Of a stretch of DNA of 64,000 nt, positions 39,672 to 49,800 are shown one piece after another (the stretch's first letter is position 1; each line of letters starts with the position of its first letter). The DNA comes from a virus. Taxonomy: Duplodnaviria; Caudoviricetes. Where the stretch lies: IMG/VR virus record IMGVR_UViG_3300015615_000196, positions 224,001 through 288,000 of that record. The stretch is one strand, 5' to 3'. Made by a program: the position numbers and the translations under genes. The notes beneath the pieces were generated by a model. It was given only the letters and a program-made list of their open reading frames with translations, did no database searches and had not been told where the DNA came from.

Positions 39672-40181
39672 ATGAATAAAAACTCAGTCGAAATTGAACG
39701 TAAATTTTTAGTGAAGTGGGAAGTTTTCAACGACCCAATTAATAGAAGCGAAGCAGCAGACGAATCCAGTGTAGGAACCAAGCCATCACCTACCATTCTC
39801 AAACTCACTCAAGGCTATCTCACAAAAAACAAATACGGTTCTGTTCGTATACGTATCGAAGATGACGGTACTTTGGCATTGGCGTATCTAATGTCGAAAA
39901 CCAGAGTCGATGACATGACGAACATTGAAACGGTTGATGAAATTTCAGTAGAGAACGCTGAAAAATTAATTAAGCAATTTTCGATCTCTGTAATTCGTAA
40001 GCACAGACATTTGATTTACGAACACGGCAAGAAATGGGAAGTCGATGTTTTCATTGAACCGAATGCGGGATTGGTCTTGGCTGAGATCGAACTCACATCG
40101 GCAGATGAAGTGATTATTTTACCGAAGTGGATTGACAGAGAAGTAACTGGCGAACCACAGTATTACAATGCTAACATGTAA
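39672..40181 (+). CDS. CYTH-domain (triphosphate tunnel) protein
   Basis: EIERKFLV, QGYL, VRIR, WEVDVF, LAEIEL, EVTGEPQYYN. Confidence 0.9.
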   Translation: MNKNSVEIERKFLVKWEVFNDPINRSEAADESSVGTKPSPTILKLTQGYLTKNKYGSVRIRIEDDGTLALAYLMSKTRVDDMTNIETVDEISVENAEKLIKQFSISVIRKHRHLIYEHGKKWEVDVFIEPNAGLVLAEIELTSADEVIILPKWIDREVTGEPQYYNANM

Positions 40182-40441
40182 TGGAAACGATTGACGAAAA
40201 ATTACTTGATTTTCTTTCCCAATCACCAGACAGCCAACTTGACAAGAGTGTTGCTGTTCGATGTGGTCAGATGAAAGGTAAGACGAAAGAGCAACAGATC
40301 GAAGAGTTGAGGAACATCATCGGAGACTGTATCAATGGCGCACTTGCTTCTACTTTCATGATGATCGTATTGCAGGAACAGTACAAGATATTGACTGGTG
40401 ATTATGTTCGTGGAGAGATTAGAGTTGAGAAGTTATCATGA
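40181..40441 (+). CDS. hypothetical protein
   Basis: Coupled ORF. Confidence 0.6.
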   Translation: METIDEKLLDFLSQSPDSQLDKSVAVRCGQMKGKTKEQQIEELRNIIGDCINGALASTFMMIVLQEQYKILTGDYVRGEIRVEKLS

Positions 40442-40602
40442 GCAGAAAGGATCATTGCCAAGCCTGTACTTTCATGCTTCATGGAGTAAAAACAAGAAGG
40501 GCAATTCCACATACGTGTGGGAGAACGGCAGAACAATTAAGAGAACTTAAAAAAGAGTATGAAACTCGAACAAATAAGAGAAATATTAAAACCGGAAACT
40601 GA
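40438..40602 (+). CDS. small putative Zn-binding protein (not in ORF track)
   Basis: 54 aa, MSRKDHCQAC...HTC; ATGA overlap with the upstream stop. Confidence 0.4.
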   Translation: MSRKDHCQACTFMLHGVKTRRAIPHTCGRTAEQLRELKKEYETRTNKRNIKTGN

Positions 40603-41113
40603 GTTAGAAAAGCGTATCGTAGCCGACCCCGATTTTGTGGTTGGTGCAGGATACGGTAAACCGAGACCCGGCCATCCAGAAGGACAAGTGGTGTATCACA
40701 TCAGAGAAGTCCTTGATAACGTAGATAAGTTTTCAACTGAGGAATTCAGAAAAGACCTTAGACTTATTGCGTTGATCCACGATACGTTTAAAAACAAAGT
40801 GGATAACACTAAGCCCAAAAGTGGTATGAATCATCATGCGATGATCGCCAGAAAATTTGCGGAGAAGTTTATACAGATACCAGAGTACGTTCTTGACATC
40901 ATCGAACTTCATGATGAAGCCTACAATGCGTGGCAACAAGGTGGACGAAAAGGAGATTGGTATCGAGCAGAAAAAAGAGCGCAGGATTTACTTGGTAAAC
41001 TTCAAACTGATCATCGGATTGATCTTTACATGAAGTTCTACAAGTGCGATAATCTTACAGGAGACAAGGAGCAAGAGAACTTCCAATGGTTCTTTGATTT
41101 TGTTTATGGATAA
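40559..41113 (+). CDS. HD-domain phosphohydrolase
   Basis: GHPEGQVVYH, ALIHDTFK, HH, ELHDE, KCD. Confidence 0.8.
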   Translation: MKLEQIREILKPETELEKRIVADPDFVVGAGYGKPRPGHPEGQVVYHIREVLDNVDKFSTEEFRKDLRLIALIHDTFKNKVDNTKPKSGMNHHAMIARKFAEKFIQIPEYVLDIIELHDEAYNAWQQGGRKGDWYRAEKRAQDLLGKLQTDHRIDLYMKFYKCDNLTGDKEQENFQWFFDFVYG

Positions 41114-41453
41114 GAAAAAAGGCGACAAGAACGAGCAAGGATCAACATACAAAGTTGATCTTGCTGAAATCAAAACAATCACTGCCGATGACGAGATCAT
41201 GAAGCAGTTTGATCGATTGAGCAGATACAAAGCATCCCACGAGAAGATGATTAACGAACATAATCGATTGATCAAAGTCCGTGAAGTGGCAGCAACAATT
41301 CCAGACGAGTATTTGCGCAATGTAAAAGTTGATAACTATCTCTCGGTGGATGACACCAGAAGATTGCTTGTTGTAGGATGCGAAACAGAAATAAAACATC
41401 TTGCTGTGGAACTGGACAAGATGACAAAACACTTTAAGCAAAACAATTTATGA
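41106..41453 (+). CDS. hypothetical protein
   Basis: Coupled ORF. Confidence 0.6.
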   Translation: MDKKKGDKNEQGSTYKVDLAEIKTITADDEIMKQFDRLSRYKASHEKMINEHNRLIKVREVAATIPDEYLRNVKVDNYLSVDDTRRLLVVGCETEIKHLAVELDKMTKHFKQNNL

Positions 41454-41971
41454 GTTTTATAGTAGTGGACGTAGAAGCAGATGGGCCATATCCCGGAGAC
41501 TATTCAATGGTCTCTTTCGGGGCAGTGGTAGTTGAGCCTTCATTGTCCAAGACCTTCTATGGGGAGGTCAAACCGATTTCCAGTTTATGGAAGCCGGATG
41601 CTCTTGCAGTATCAAACATTACACGAGAGCAACATTTGAAATTTAATGATCCTCTGCATGTCATGCATGACTTTGCAGATTGGGCTGAAAAAGTATCAAA
41701 GGGACGACCAGTATTCGTCAGTGATAACGTGGCATTCGACTGGATGTTCATTTGCTATTACTTACACAAGTACGCAGGACGCAATCCATTTGGCTTTAGC
41801 GGACGCAGGATCGGAGACATGTACTGTGGACTGGTCAATGATGCTTATGCAAAATGGAAGCATTTGAGAAAGACATCACATACCCATCATCCAGTGGACG
41901 ATGCAAAGGGTAATGCCGAAGCATTGCTGCACATGAGAGAAAAGATGGGATTCAAAATCGACTTGAAATGA
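41450..41971 (+). CDS. DEDDh 3'-5' exo(ribo)nuclease
   Basis: VDVEADG, NVAFDW, HHPVDDA. Confidence 0.85.
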   Translation: MSFIVVDVEADGPYPGDYSMVSFGAVVVEPSLSKTFYGEVKPISSLWKPDALAVSNITREQHLKFNDPLHVMHDFADWAEKVSKGRPVFVSDNVAFDWMFICYYLHKYAGRNPFGFSGRRIGDMYCGLVNDAYAKWKHLRKTSHTHHPVDDAKGNAEALLHMREKMGFKIDLK

Positions 41972-42261
41972 ATCTACTTCCATACGCTTACGCACTTCTC
42001 GTATTTGGAATAATTACATTCCTATTCTTTTTATTGGGCAGGATGTTTTTGAATGTTGAGACAATCTACGAATATGATTTTGAGGTGATCATTGAAGACA
42101 ATTCGGATTACGGAGTTGATCTTCAAAGATTCATCACTGAAAGAGGTAAGAGGGGATGGAAATATGAACGTTGTGAACGAATAAAAATCGAAAGAGCAAC
42201 GGCCAGCCTATTAATGTTGATTTTTGTAAAGACAAAAAATCGGATACGACTTTTCAGTTAA
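41968..42261 (+). CDS. small membrane-anchored protein
   Basis: N-terminal TM helix. Confidence 0.55.
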   Translation: MNLLPYAYALLVFGIITFLFFLLGRMFLNVETIYEYDFEVIIEDNSDYGVDLQRFITERGKRGWKYERCERIKIERATASLLMLIFVKTKNRIRLFS

Positions 42262-42308
42262 TCTGTCGTATTTATTATTGTCATAAATAAAGTTGTGTTA
42301 AACGAAAG

Positions 42309-42335
42309 AGGTGATCCCGTAAGATCACCTTTTTT
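42309..42335 (+). terminator. intrinsic terminator between convergent genes
   Basis: AGGTGATC-CCGTAA-GATCACCT-TTTTT. Confidence 0.75.
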
Positions 42336-43197
42336 GTTCTGAGCGGTTGTTGTGCTCACGACTATACGTGAAGTCAAGACTCCATCCAGTAGGCATGAAC
42401 TGAGGTTTCATGCTTTCAACGAAGTGAACTCTCCATCCCCGGATAAACTTCTCGAAGTCTTTAGTTGTTTCCAACTTTTCGATAACAGCCTTTCCGTGAT
42501 AGAAGTTTTCAACATTCATCAATTCGTTCTTCTTTGCCTTGATCAATTTGTCAGTCTTAATCAACATTTCTTCAATGTCATCGAATGACATTTGAAGTAA
42601 GTCAACATTGATTATCGACTTCAATTCCTGAGCAATCCAAAGAACACGTTCTTCTGGAATAACGTTGAACCTGTTAAGGATAGTGTCAAGAAGTTTGACC
42701 ACCTTGAACTGATCCTTCAAGTTTTGAACCATGTAAGAAATTTGCTTCGCGTTCATCGTTTCGATTGAGTCAACATTGAACGTGACTGCAATTTCGTTCT
42801 TGTAGAACTTAGCAATCTGTTCGTACTCTTCGTGATGTCTACGGCAGATCAATACAACGTCATGGTGATTACGCGACTTGTACTTCAACGGCATGAACTT
42901 ACGGTAGTGATATGGTACTACGTGATGCCTTTGCAAGTTGTGTTCTTCACCACATACAACGCAACGATTGATTCTCGGCAGCTTGCCGAAAATTTCGTGT
43001 TCCTTGAATCCTTCTCCTTTGGGGATGAACTTTAGACGTACTTTATTCGGAGCAATGATTTCTGCCAAGTCTCTCTGCAAATACCAGTCAACCTTTCTCT
43101 TACTGGTAGTGTACATGTGAGTCCCATTCGGGTGATGTACATCCCAATTGTCTGAAAGATCGAATTTTCTACTGCCATTTTTGAGAACTTGAGCCAT
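42325..43197 (-). CDS. HNH-like protein resembling the EXD2 C-terminal domain
   Basis: KRKVDWYL, NRCVVCG, HHVVPYHYRK, NHHDVVLIC, WRVHFVESMKPQFMPTGWS. Confidence 0.75.
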   Translation of the reverse strand: MAQVLKNGSRKFDLSDNWDVHHPNGTHMYTTSKRKVDWYLQRDLAEIIAPNKVRLKFIPKGEGFKEHEIFGKLPRINRCVVCGEEHNLQRHHVVPYHYRKFMPLKYKSRNHHDVVLICRRHHEEYEQIAKFYKNEIAVTFNVDSIETMNAKQISYMVQNLKDQFKVVKLLDTILNRFNVIPEERVLWIAQELKSIINVDLLQMSFDDIEEMLIKTDKLIKAKKNELMNVENFYHGKAVIEKLETTKDFEKFIRGWRVHFVESMKPQFMPTGWSLDFTYSREHNNRSEQKR

Positions 43198-43687
43198 TGA
43201 AGTTTTTAATAAGAGAATAGTAGTCTATAATTTTTTGATTTGATGTCACATTGTCAATACCGTAAATGTCTGCAATTTCTTGCTTCCAAAAAAGGGCCAC
43301 CCCAATTCTTTTCAGGTCGGTGATGAAGTCATCTATCGTTTCGGGGAGAACGGGGAAGAGAAATTTCCTTCCCTGATGGTTCACTTCGTACTCGGAGGCT
43401 TCGAAGGTGATTACCGTGTTCGTTGTTTTGTTTCTGATTTCTTGGTACTGGATCAAGTCCTTGCAAGACCAACCAGTGAACAAAACCACTTTCTCGGCAG
43501 CTTCCCATTGGATCATTCGTTTCTCGAAAGCCTGATCACTTTCCCAAAACCCAAATCTCTTTTCGGGCACACCGCCCAACTTATTTGAGATACGGCTTAC
43601 TTCGAAAGGGAGTTGATACAACTCTTCCTTCGCCTTGCTTGTGTGCTTCACATCAATGCATGGCGATGCTTCGATTATAACGTCCAT
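43169..43687 (-). CDS. hypothetical protein
   Basis: Coupled minus-strand ORF. Confidence 0.6.
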   Translation of the reverse strand: MDVIIEASPCIDVKHTSKAKEELYQLPFEVSRISNKLGGVPEKRFGFWESDQAFEKRMIQWEAAEKVVLFTGWSCKDLIQYQEIRNKTTNTVITFEASEYEVNHQGRKFLFPVLPETIDDFITDLKRIGVALFWKQEIADIYGIDNVTSNQKIIDYYSLIKNFNGSSSQKWQ

Positions 43688-44236
43688 TTAGTTAAGAGGC
43701 TTCGAGACCCACTTCAAGTTGCTTCCCACTCCACCGTAGTTCTTCGCATTCACGTAGCAAAAGAGCGTGTCATTGCTGACTTTGGCATTCCAGATTCCAC
43801 TGCCGTTACCGGAGAGTTTTTCTTTACGAAGATCGAATAGTTCTTTGAACTTTCCGGTCTTGAGGTTGTAAGAATAAATAGTCCTGATGTCGCTATCAGC
43901 AGTTGTGCCTTTCTCGAACTTACCAACGACCAACACATTCTTGATTGAATCATGAGCGTAAACGTAGTACGAATTCAGAGCCGGAATCTGTTCCATAGTC
44001 CCCATCTTTTCAATGAAGGTGACATAGCCCATTACTTCGTATCCGCTTTCTTTATCGCCCCTCAATTGAACGCAGATCGTATTACCCACACTGGTAGAAG
44101 CGTTCAGCGTGAGCCTGTTTGTGGCCTTCTGAATACCCTGCCCGGAGAGAGCAATCCAAGCCCCATCATTTGCATCCTGAGCGAAACCAGTCGTCAGGGT
44201 GAGGATAAAAACCGCTAAAATTGCTATATTTTTCAT
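43688..44236 (-). CDS. secreted hypothetical protein
   Basis: Signal peptide MKNIAILAVFILTLTTGFA-Q. Confidence 0.65.
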   Translation of the reverse strand: MKNIAILAVFILTLTTGFAQDANDGAWIALSGQGIQKATNRLTLNASTSVGNTICVQLRGDKESGYEVMGYVTFIEKMGTMEQIPALNSYYVYAHDSIKNVLVVGKFEKGTTADSDIRTIYSYNLKTGKFKELFDLRKEKLSGNGSGIWNAKVSNDTLFCYVNAKNYGGVGSNLKWVSKPLN

Positions 44237-44264
44237 GTTTTTTGCTTATTATTACTGTACCTAT

Positions 44265-44290
44265 TTATACGTAAAACCGTGTTGAAGGTT
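44265..44290 (-). promoter_or_regulatory. ECF-type promoter AAC-N16-CGTATAA (minus strand), overlapping a plus-strand TATTTAT
   Basis: Reverse complement reads AAC-CTTCAACACGGTTTTA-CGTATAA. Confidence 0.7.
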
Positions 44291-44307
44291 GCATAAACCC
44301 CGAAAAT

Positions 44308-44955
44308 ATGAGTAGAATCAGCAAAAATTTGGATGTTGTACTGGCACTGGATAAAGACACCTATGCCGTAGACGGCAGGAACTACCACTTTGCCAAGAGC
44401 AAAAAGAACCAGATCATTTTGGGTGGATCATTGAGAAAGGACAGTAATCACATTCAGCACCTTCTCCGCAAAGACAACGGTAACTCGAAACGTTGGCCAA
44501 CATTCTCGATCACCAGAAACGGTACAATCTACCAGCACTATGACCCACAATTTTATAGCGACTACATGGGAGTCAAAGAAATTGACAAGAGATCGATCAG
44601 CGTGGTACTTGAAAATATGGGTATGCTCACATTCAATGCAGACAAAGAATGCTTCGTGAATTGGGCCAATGAGGAATGTGATGAAAAATTGGTGTTGGAT
44701 AGACTCTGGAAGAACTGTAGATATTGGGAGAAGTACTCTGAGCCACAATATGAGTCTTTAGCTAACCTGTGTAACTATTTAAGTAAGGAATACGAAGTGC
44801 ACATGGATGCACTTGGGTTTAATGTTTTTCACGAAGAGAGCGAGAAATTTCAGGGCATATTGACCAGAAGTAACTACGATTCGGATTACACTGACCTAAA
44901 TCCATCCTTTGACTTCCAAAAATTCATGAAAATGTTGAACATTTCCATCGAGTAA
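44308..44955 (+). CDS. Amidase_2 (N-acetylmuramoyl-L-alanine amidase)-like protein with degenerate metal ligands
   Basis: FSITRNGTIYQ, SISVVLENMG, YSEPQYESL, TDLNPSFDF; expected His residues are absent. Confidence 0.65.
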   Translation: MSRISKNLDVVLALDKDTYAVDGRNYHFAKSKKNQIILGGSLRKDSNHIQHLLRKDNGNSKRWPTFSITRNGTIYQHYDPQFYSDYMGVKEIDKRSISVVLENMGMLTFNADKECFVNWANEECDEKLVLDRLWKNCRYWEKYSEPQYESLANLCNYLSKEYEVHMDALGFNVFHEESEKFQGILTRSNYDSDYTDLNPSFDFQKFMKMLNISIE

Positions 44956-44981
44956 AATAGTATTTATAAAAAACTATAGCA

Positions 44982-45467
44982 GTGAATAAGAAGATTTTTG
45001 ATAGAATACACGAAACCTCAAAGCGTTATGCGCGACAAATGGGGTATGCTAAGAAAAGTCCGTTGAAGGAAATGACAATGCGTGAAATGTTACGCAGAAC
45101 CCGTAACCAAGATTGGATGAAAGAAGACTCAGCATTGGTTGCAGAACCCGTTGCCAAGCAATTAAGCCGTAACGAACAGGTAGAACAAGAAAGAGCAATG
45201 CAGGACTATTTTGATGATGAAAACCTCACCATCAAATTTGAACCGATTGAAGTCTACGACAACGGTGTATTTTGGGCAGGAACTATTGATGGTCAACTAA
45301 AATTCGCGTATATGGTTACGCCAGAGGAATCATCAAGTGGTGTAAAGATTGAACGTTCACCGGACTTCGATCCTACCAACGAAGACAATCAGGCTATCGA
45401 GAAGAAAGTGATTGACTACTACGACACCTTCTACGACTATTGGAGCAAGAACCAATTTGAAAATTAA
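44982..45467 (+). CDS. hypothetical late protein
   Basis: Follows TATTTAT at 44961; IHE/LKE/MKE motifs. Confidence 0.65.
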   Translation: MNKKIFDRIHETSKRYARQMGYAKKSPLKEMTMREMLRRTRNQDWMKEDSALVAEPVAKQLSRNEQVEQERAMQDYFDDENLTIKFEPIEVYDNGVFWAGTIDGQLKFAYMVTPEESSSGVKIERSPDFDPTNEDNQAIEKKVIDYYDTFYDYWSKNQFEN

Positions 45468-45853
45468 TGTACAATACGAAAAACATATTGGAACAAATTG
45501 GTTGGTACAGAAATGCCGAAGTAACATCACATGACAGGTTAACAGACTTGTTCAATGGCATGATGGAGTATTTCAGAACCAAAGAGCAAACCAACAGATT
45601 CAACCGAGATATTTTCGTAGGATTTTATCCGATCAATCCAGAAGCAAGTTTTGGAAACGTAATTAAAAGAGCACACAGATTTATTGAACCAACACAACAA
45701 TCAATTCATAAAGCATACATCGGATACTGTACTTTCTTGAGATCACAAGAAGCGCAGCAACTTTCAAGTAACGTTCACCGATTCATAAACAACGATCTTG
45801 AAGACGAATTGATTGACAACTTTATTATAAAGACATATGGACAAGTATTTTAA
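45467..45853 (+). CDS. hypothetical protein
   Basis: Coupled ORF. Confidence 0.6.
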   Translation: MYNTKNILEQIGWYRNAEVTSHDRLTDLFNGMMEYFRTKEQTNRFNRDIFVGFYPINPEASFGNVIKRAHRFIEPTQQSIHKAYIGYCTFLRSQEAQQLSSNVHRFINNDLEDELIDNFIIKTYGQVF

Positions 45854-46580
45854 ATACGGCTTCTTCATTGCCGTCCTTGCAGTAGTCGCACTGACTTTCA
45901 AGATGTGTAGCGATGGCGAAAAGTATCGCGACATGAAAATCCAAGAATCAAATCTTCGTAAGGCACTTACGGATTCAGCAACTCATTTCAAAACCAAAGA
46001 AGGCGCATGGGGTGTAGAGAAAAGAACGCTTCAAGCCAGCCTTGATGAACTTAGCGATAAGAATTTGCAGTTGAGTTCAAATCAGAAATCATTGATTCAA
46101 CAGGTAAAGGATCAGAATAAAACCAGTCAAACCATTGCTGCTGCACTTCTTGAATTGAAGGCAGAAGTTACCAACATAAAGAATGGAAAGGTTACTACTG
46201 AAACTGATTCTACCGTAGCGTTTACTTCACCACCTGCCGACACCACGTTCCAATACAGTTTGACCGTGTTCAATGTTCACAGATACAAAATGCAGGAGCC
46301 TTCATTGTTGATCAACAAGATCAGCTTCCCGAACAAGCAAACCATAAACTTCCATTGGAAAGATGATCGTAAAGAGGGATACCCTGTATCATTCAGCGTG
46401 GTAAACACCAATCCTTACTTCAAAGTCAACGACATTCAGTCGTATGCCATCCCGGAACTTACTCGTGAGAAAGTAAAGCCGACATTTTGGCAAAAAGTTG
46501 GTACGTTTAGCAAGTCAACCGGGGGTAAACTTACCTTCTTAGCAATCGGTTTTGTTGCTGGTGCTGCCATAGCGAAGTAA
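45837..46580 (+). CDS. membrane protein with N- and C-terminal hydrophobic anchors (spanin-like candidate)
   Basis: N-terminal TM + Cys24, coiled coil, C-terminal LTFLAIGFVAGAAIAK. Confidence 0.45.
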   Translation: MDKYFKYGFFIAVLAVVALTFKMCSDGEKYRDMKIQESNLRKALTDSATHFKTKEGAWGVEKRTLQASLDELSDKNLQLSSNQKSLIQQVKDQNKTSQTIAAALLELKAEVTNIKNGKVTTETDSTVAFTSPPADTTFQYSLTVFNVHRYKMQEPSLLINKISFPNKQTINFHWKDDRKEGYPVSFSVVNTNPYFKVNDIQSYAIPELTREKVKPTFWQKVGTFSKSTGGKLTFLAIGFVAGAAIAK

Positions 46581-46607
46581 CTCCAACTGGTCACTATAAA
46601 AAATTGT

Positions 46608-46635
46608 AAAGCACCTGTATTTAAGGTGCTTTTTT
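46608..46635 (+). terminator. intrinsic terminator
   Basis: AAAGCACCT-loop-AGGTGCTTTTTT. Confidence 0.7.
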
Positions 46636-46654
46636 AGTATTTATGTAATATACT

Positions 46655-46870
46655 ATGCTTAACGAAGAGTTTACCAAGGTCGAAATCAGAAAAATTGTCA
46701 ATGATGAACTTGATAAAGCCATGAGAGACAAGCTGAAACGTGAAATTGTGGCATCTTTGAAGAGCGGTGCAGGTAGAGGGGAAGTGAACGATATTGTGAA
46801 AAACGGACTCAATGCACTCTATAAGTTCCTCTGGACTAAGCGTAGTAGCTGGAACAACGAAATAAAGTAA
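46655..46870 (+). CDS. small late protein
   Basis: Follows TATTTAT at 46638; begins MLNEEF. Confidence 0.65.
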   Translation: MLNEEFTKVEIRKIVNDELDKAMRDKLKREIVASLKSGAGRGEVNDIVKNGLNALYKFLWTKRSSWNNEIK

Positions 46871-49800
46871 TGGAAGGAAGTTTCAACAGTAAAAACATCA
46901 AGCCCTCACTTACCACTCCTACAAAGATGGGTAAGCAGCTTGATAGTAATTTTAAAAGCCAAATTAGAAAATCAGGCATGAAGTTAAGCGAAAATGGCAT
47001 GTTGCACGAGAAGGAAGAATCTTTAAAGAAGAAAATCTTCAAACTCGACAAAATGGAAACATTGGTACACACCGATGAAAACCTATCTAAGGTATTCAAT
47101 GAAATGAAGCAAGATGCTGCTGAAAAATTTGGTTACCACTGGAATGAAACAATCTTGAACATTATCTTCAACGATTATGTGTTGAACAGTCCTAAGAACC
47201 TACAGAAGTACAAGAACACCCGTGCGAAGCCTAAGAAAAGAAGAGGCGAAGAAGGGATCAAAGAACTTCAAAATGATATTGACAAGGAAAAGGCAGCATC
47301 ATCAGGTGCAGAAGAAAGAAAAGAAAAATTGATGGGTGGAGACGACAAGGAAAAGGTAGATGAATTTTTCAACTTTGGTAAAAGTGCAGCAACTGAGTTG
47401 CCGATGAACCAGAGAAGTAAAAACGATACCTACTTCGTGGACATGAGAAACAAGAAACTTCTTGCACCTGTACCGTACAACGCTTCACAAGAAGCAAAGC
47501 AAGCAATCATATCAAAGTATGTTGGTCAACCCAACATCAAACAACTTGCATGGTATGATGCAGTAAAGCAAGGTATAAAAGGTGTCCCTACCGAAGTACC
47601 GGATGGATCAATTCAACAGATCGATCAAGAGTTACAACAGCGTTACGGCAACGACCTTCAAACTATCCCTGCATTGGGAGAGAACTTAGGTCAGCCAGTA
47701 ACTTCTGCTTTCACATTAGCAAAAATCATTGCTGGTCTTTTACCTGACCAATATACACAGAAAGATTTTAATACTGCGCTCGAAAACTATTTCGTAGATC
47801 ACGGAATGGATTTCGCGAAGTTGAACAACCAAGAGTACGTGCAGGACATTTCACATTTCCTTGCAAGTGATTTTGGAAAAACTCAAATGGATGAAACAAC
47901 TGGCGCAGCAGGTGCTGGTGCTTTCGCTCCTGCACTGGACAATCAAAAACCAGTTACAGAAGAAAAGACAGCAAACTATGTTGGTGAAGACGAATGGAGC
48001 CGTAAGGTATACAGAAGTGAAGATGGCACTATGTACGTTGACGTAGATGGTGTTCTTCATTCAGTAACGCCAGAGGGCGAACCAATTGCTCCGGTTAGTG
48101 GAGTGCAAATCGTAGACTCAATCAAAGAGACAACAACAAGTGCATCATCAGGTCAATACAGTGGCCCCGCTATTTGGGCGAAGAATCCAAACAAGTCACG
48201 TTGGGCACACAGACCAGCATGGCATGGTGGTAAAATTCTTGAGTCAGTCGTAGACAAGCGTAACGACTATCTTACAGAAGCTGGTGCGTTTAAGAAATAT
48301 TTGATCAACAACATGCTTTTTGAAGCAGTCAATATGGGAATGATGGAAGCTGAATCATTTCAAGATCACGCAAAAAGAATAAAAGCAGTGCTTGATAAAT
48401 ATTTAGCGGATACCCCTGAGATTGCCAATGCTGATGGTTTCAAGGATGCTTACGAGTTTAGTAAATATGAAGCTGAAACTGGAAAAGCACATCCAAATAG
48501 AGGAAAAGGGAATGTTGATCAAGAAGTAAATGAACATCATTTACATAGTAAGCAAGAGAAGATTGATTTCATTCTTCAATACACATACGATGATGCGTCA
48601 GACAGTGCAACACACTCTACGGAAGAGTTGAATGCAATGTCAGATGGTGAAATTGAAAATTTGTATCGCAGCACCGAAAAGAAAATTGGTCTTGATGAAT
48701 TCTTCTCTTTCGGGAAGAAGGATCAGCCAGTTGCAAACAATCAAGAATTGAGCATCGGCCAACTTAGCGGATACAAGAATAACATCATCAATGTTCTCCG
48801 TAACTTAAAGTTCGGTGAACAGATGATCGATGCACTCAACAAGACCTACGATCAAATCGTAATTAAGGGATTGAAGAACGGTGTACCAGCAGACGTGCTT
48901 GCTCAAAAAATTGCAGCACACTACAGTGGTCAACAAGTGTCATTGCCTGAACAGGATGATACCAATTTTAGAGAAACAATGGTGAAGGACTTGAAATATA
49001 ACGGCAAGCCAGCATCAGATAGTGAATCAACAGAAGAACTTGAAAGTCAAGATGGTCTTTTCAAGGGCAAGTGGAATTCAAACACTTCGGTAGCTGAAAA
49101 TGATGAAGAAATGGATGTTGTAGAAGAAAGACCAAGACCACAAGATGACGATTGTTTCGTATCTTCAAACGGCTTCAAACTTTCTGCATCATGCGGTGAT
49201 AAATACATTGGTGAATTCACCGAAGATGAAGCAGCATGGGAAGCAGTAAGAAATTGGAAGAAAGAAAACAACTATTACCCGAACACATGGTTCATTTCGG
49301 ATCATGGCAATGAATCATTGGTAGACGATGACGGCAATGAGATCAAAGAAGGTTTCGGTGGTGATCCAGAAGTTGGTGAAGATCAATACAAGGAAGAACA
49401 AGATTACAATAGATTTGCAGCACTTGAGCAACAGTCAAAAGAGTTGGCTCAATTGCGTGATGCTGGTGATGAAGGTGCATTGAAAGCAAAAATAGATTCA
49501 TTACAAGTTATCCCGATGATTAATCACTCTGGTGGTTATGAAGATGGATTGGGTCACAGAGATTTGGAGAAATTGGGTTATACCCGTATTACCCACGATT
49601 ATTCTTTCGATGAAGATGGTGAGTTTGTAATCAACAATATATCGAACAAACCAATTGTAATGATTGATGAACGTGGTATCAGAGGTATCATCAATCCGGG
49701 CGAAAGTGATATTGACGAAAACACGTCAATCAGACTTCATGAGAAGGCTTCATCAAAGTCACAACAAAGATTCATGGGTATGGTACACGCAGCACAAAAG

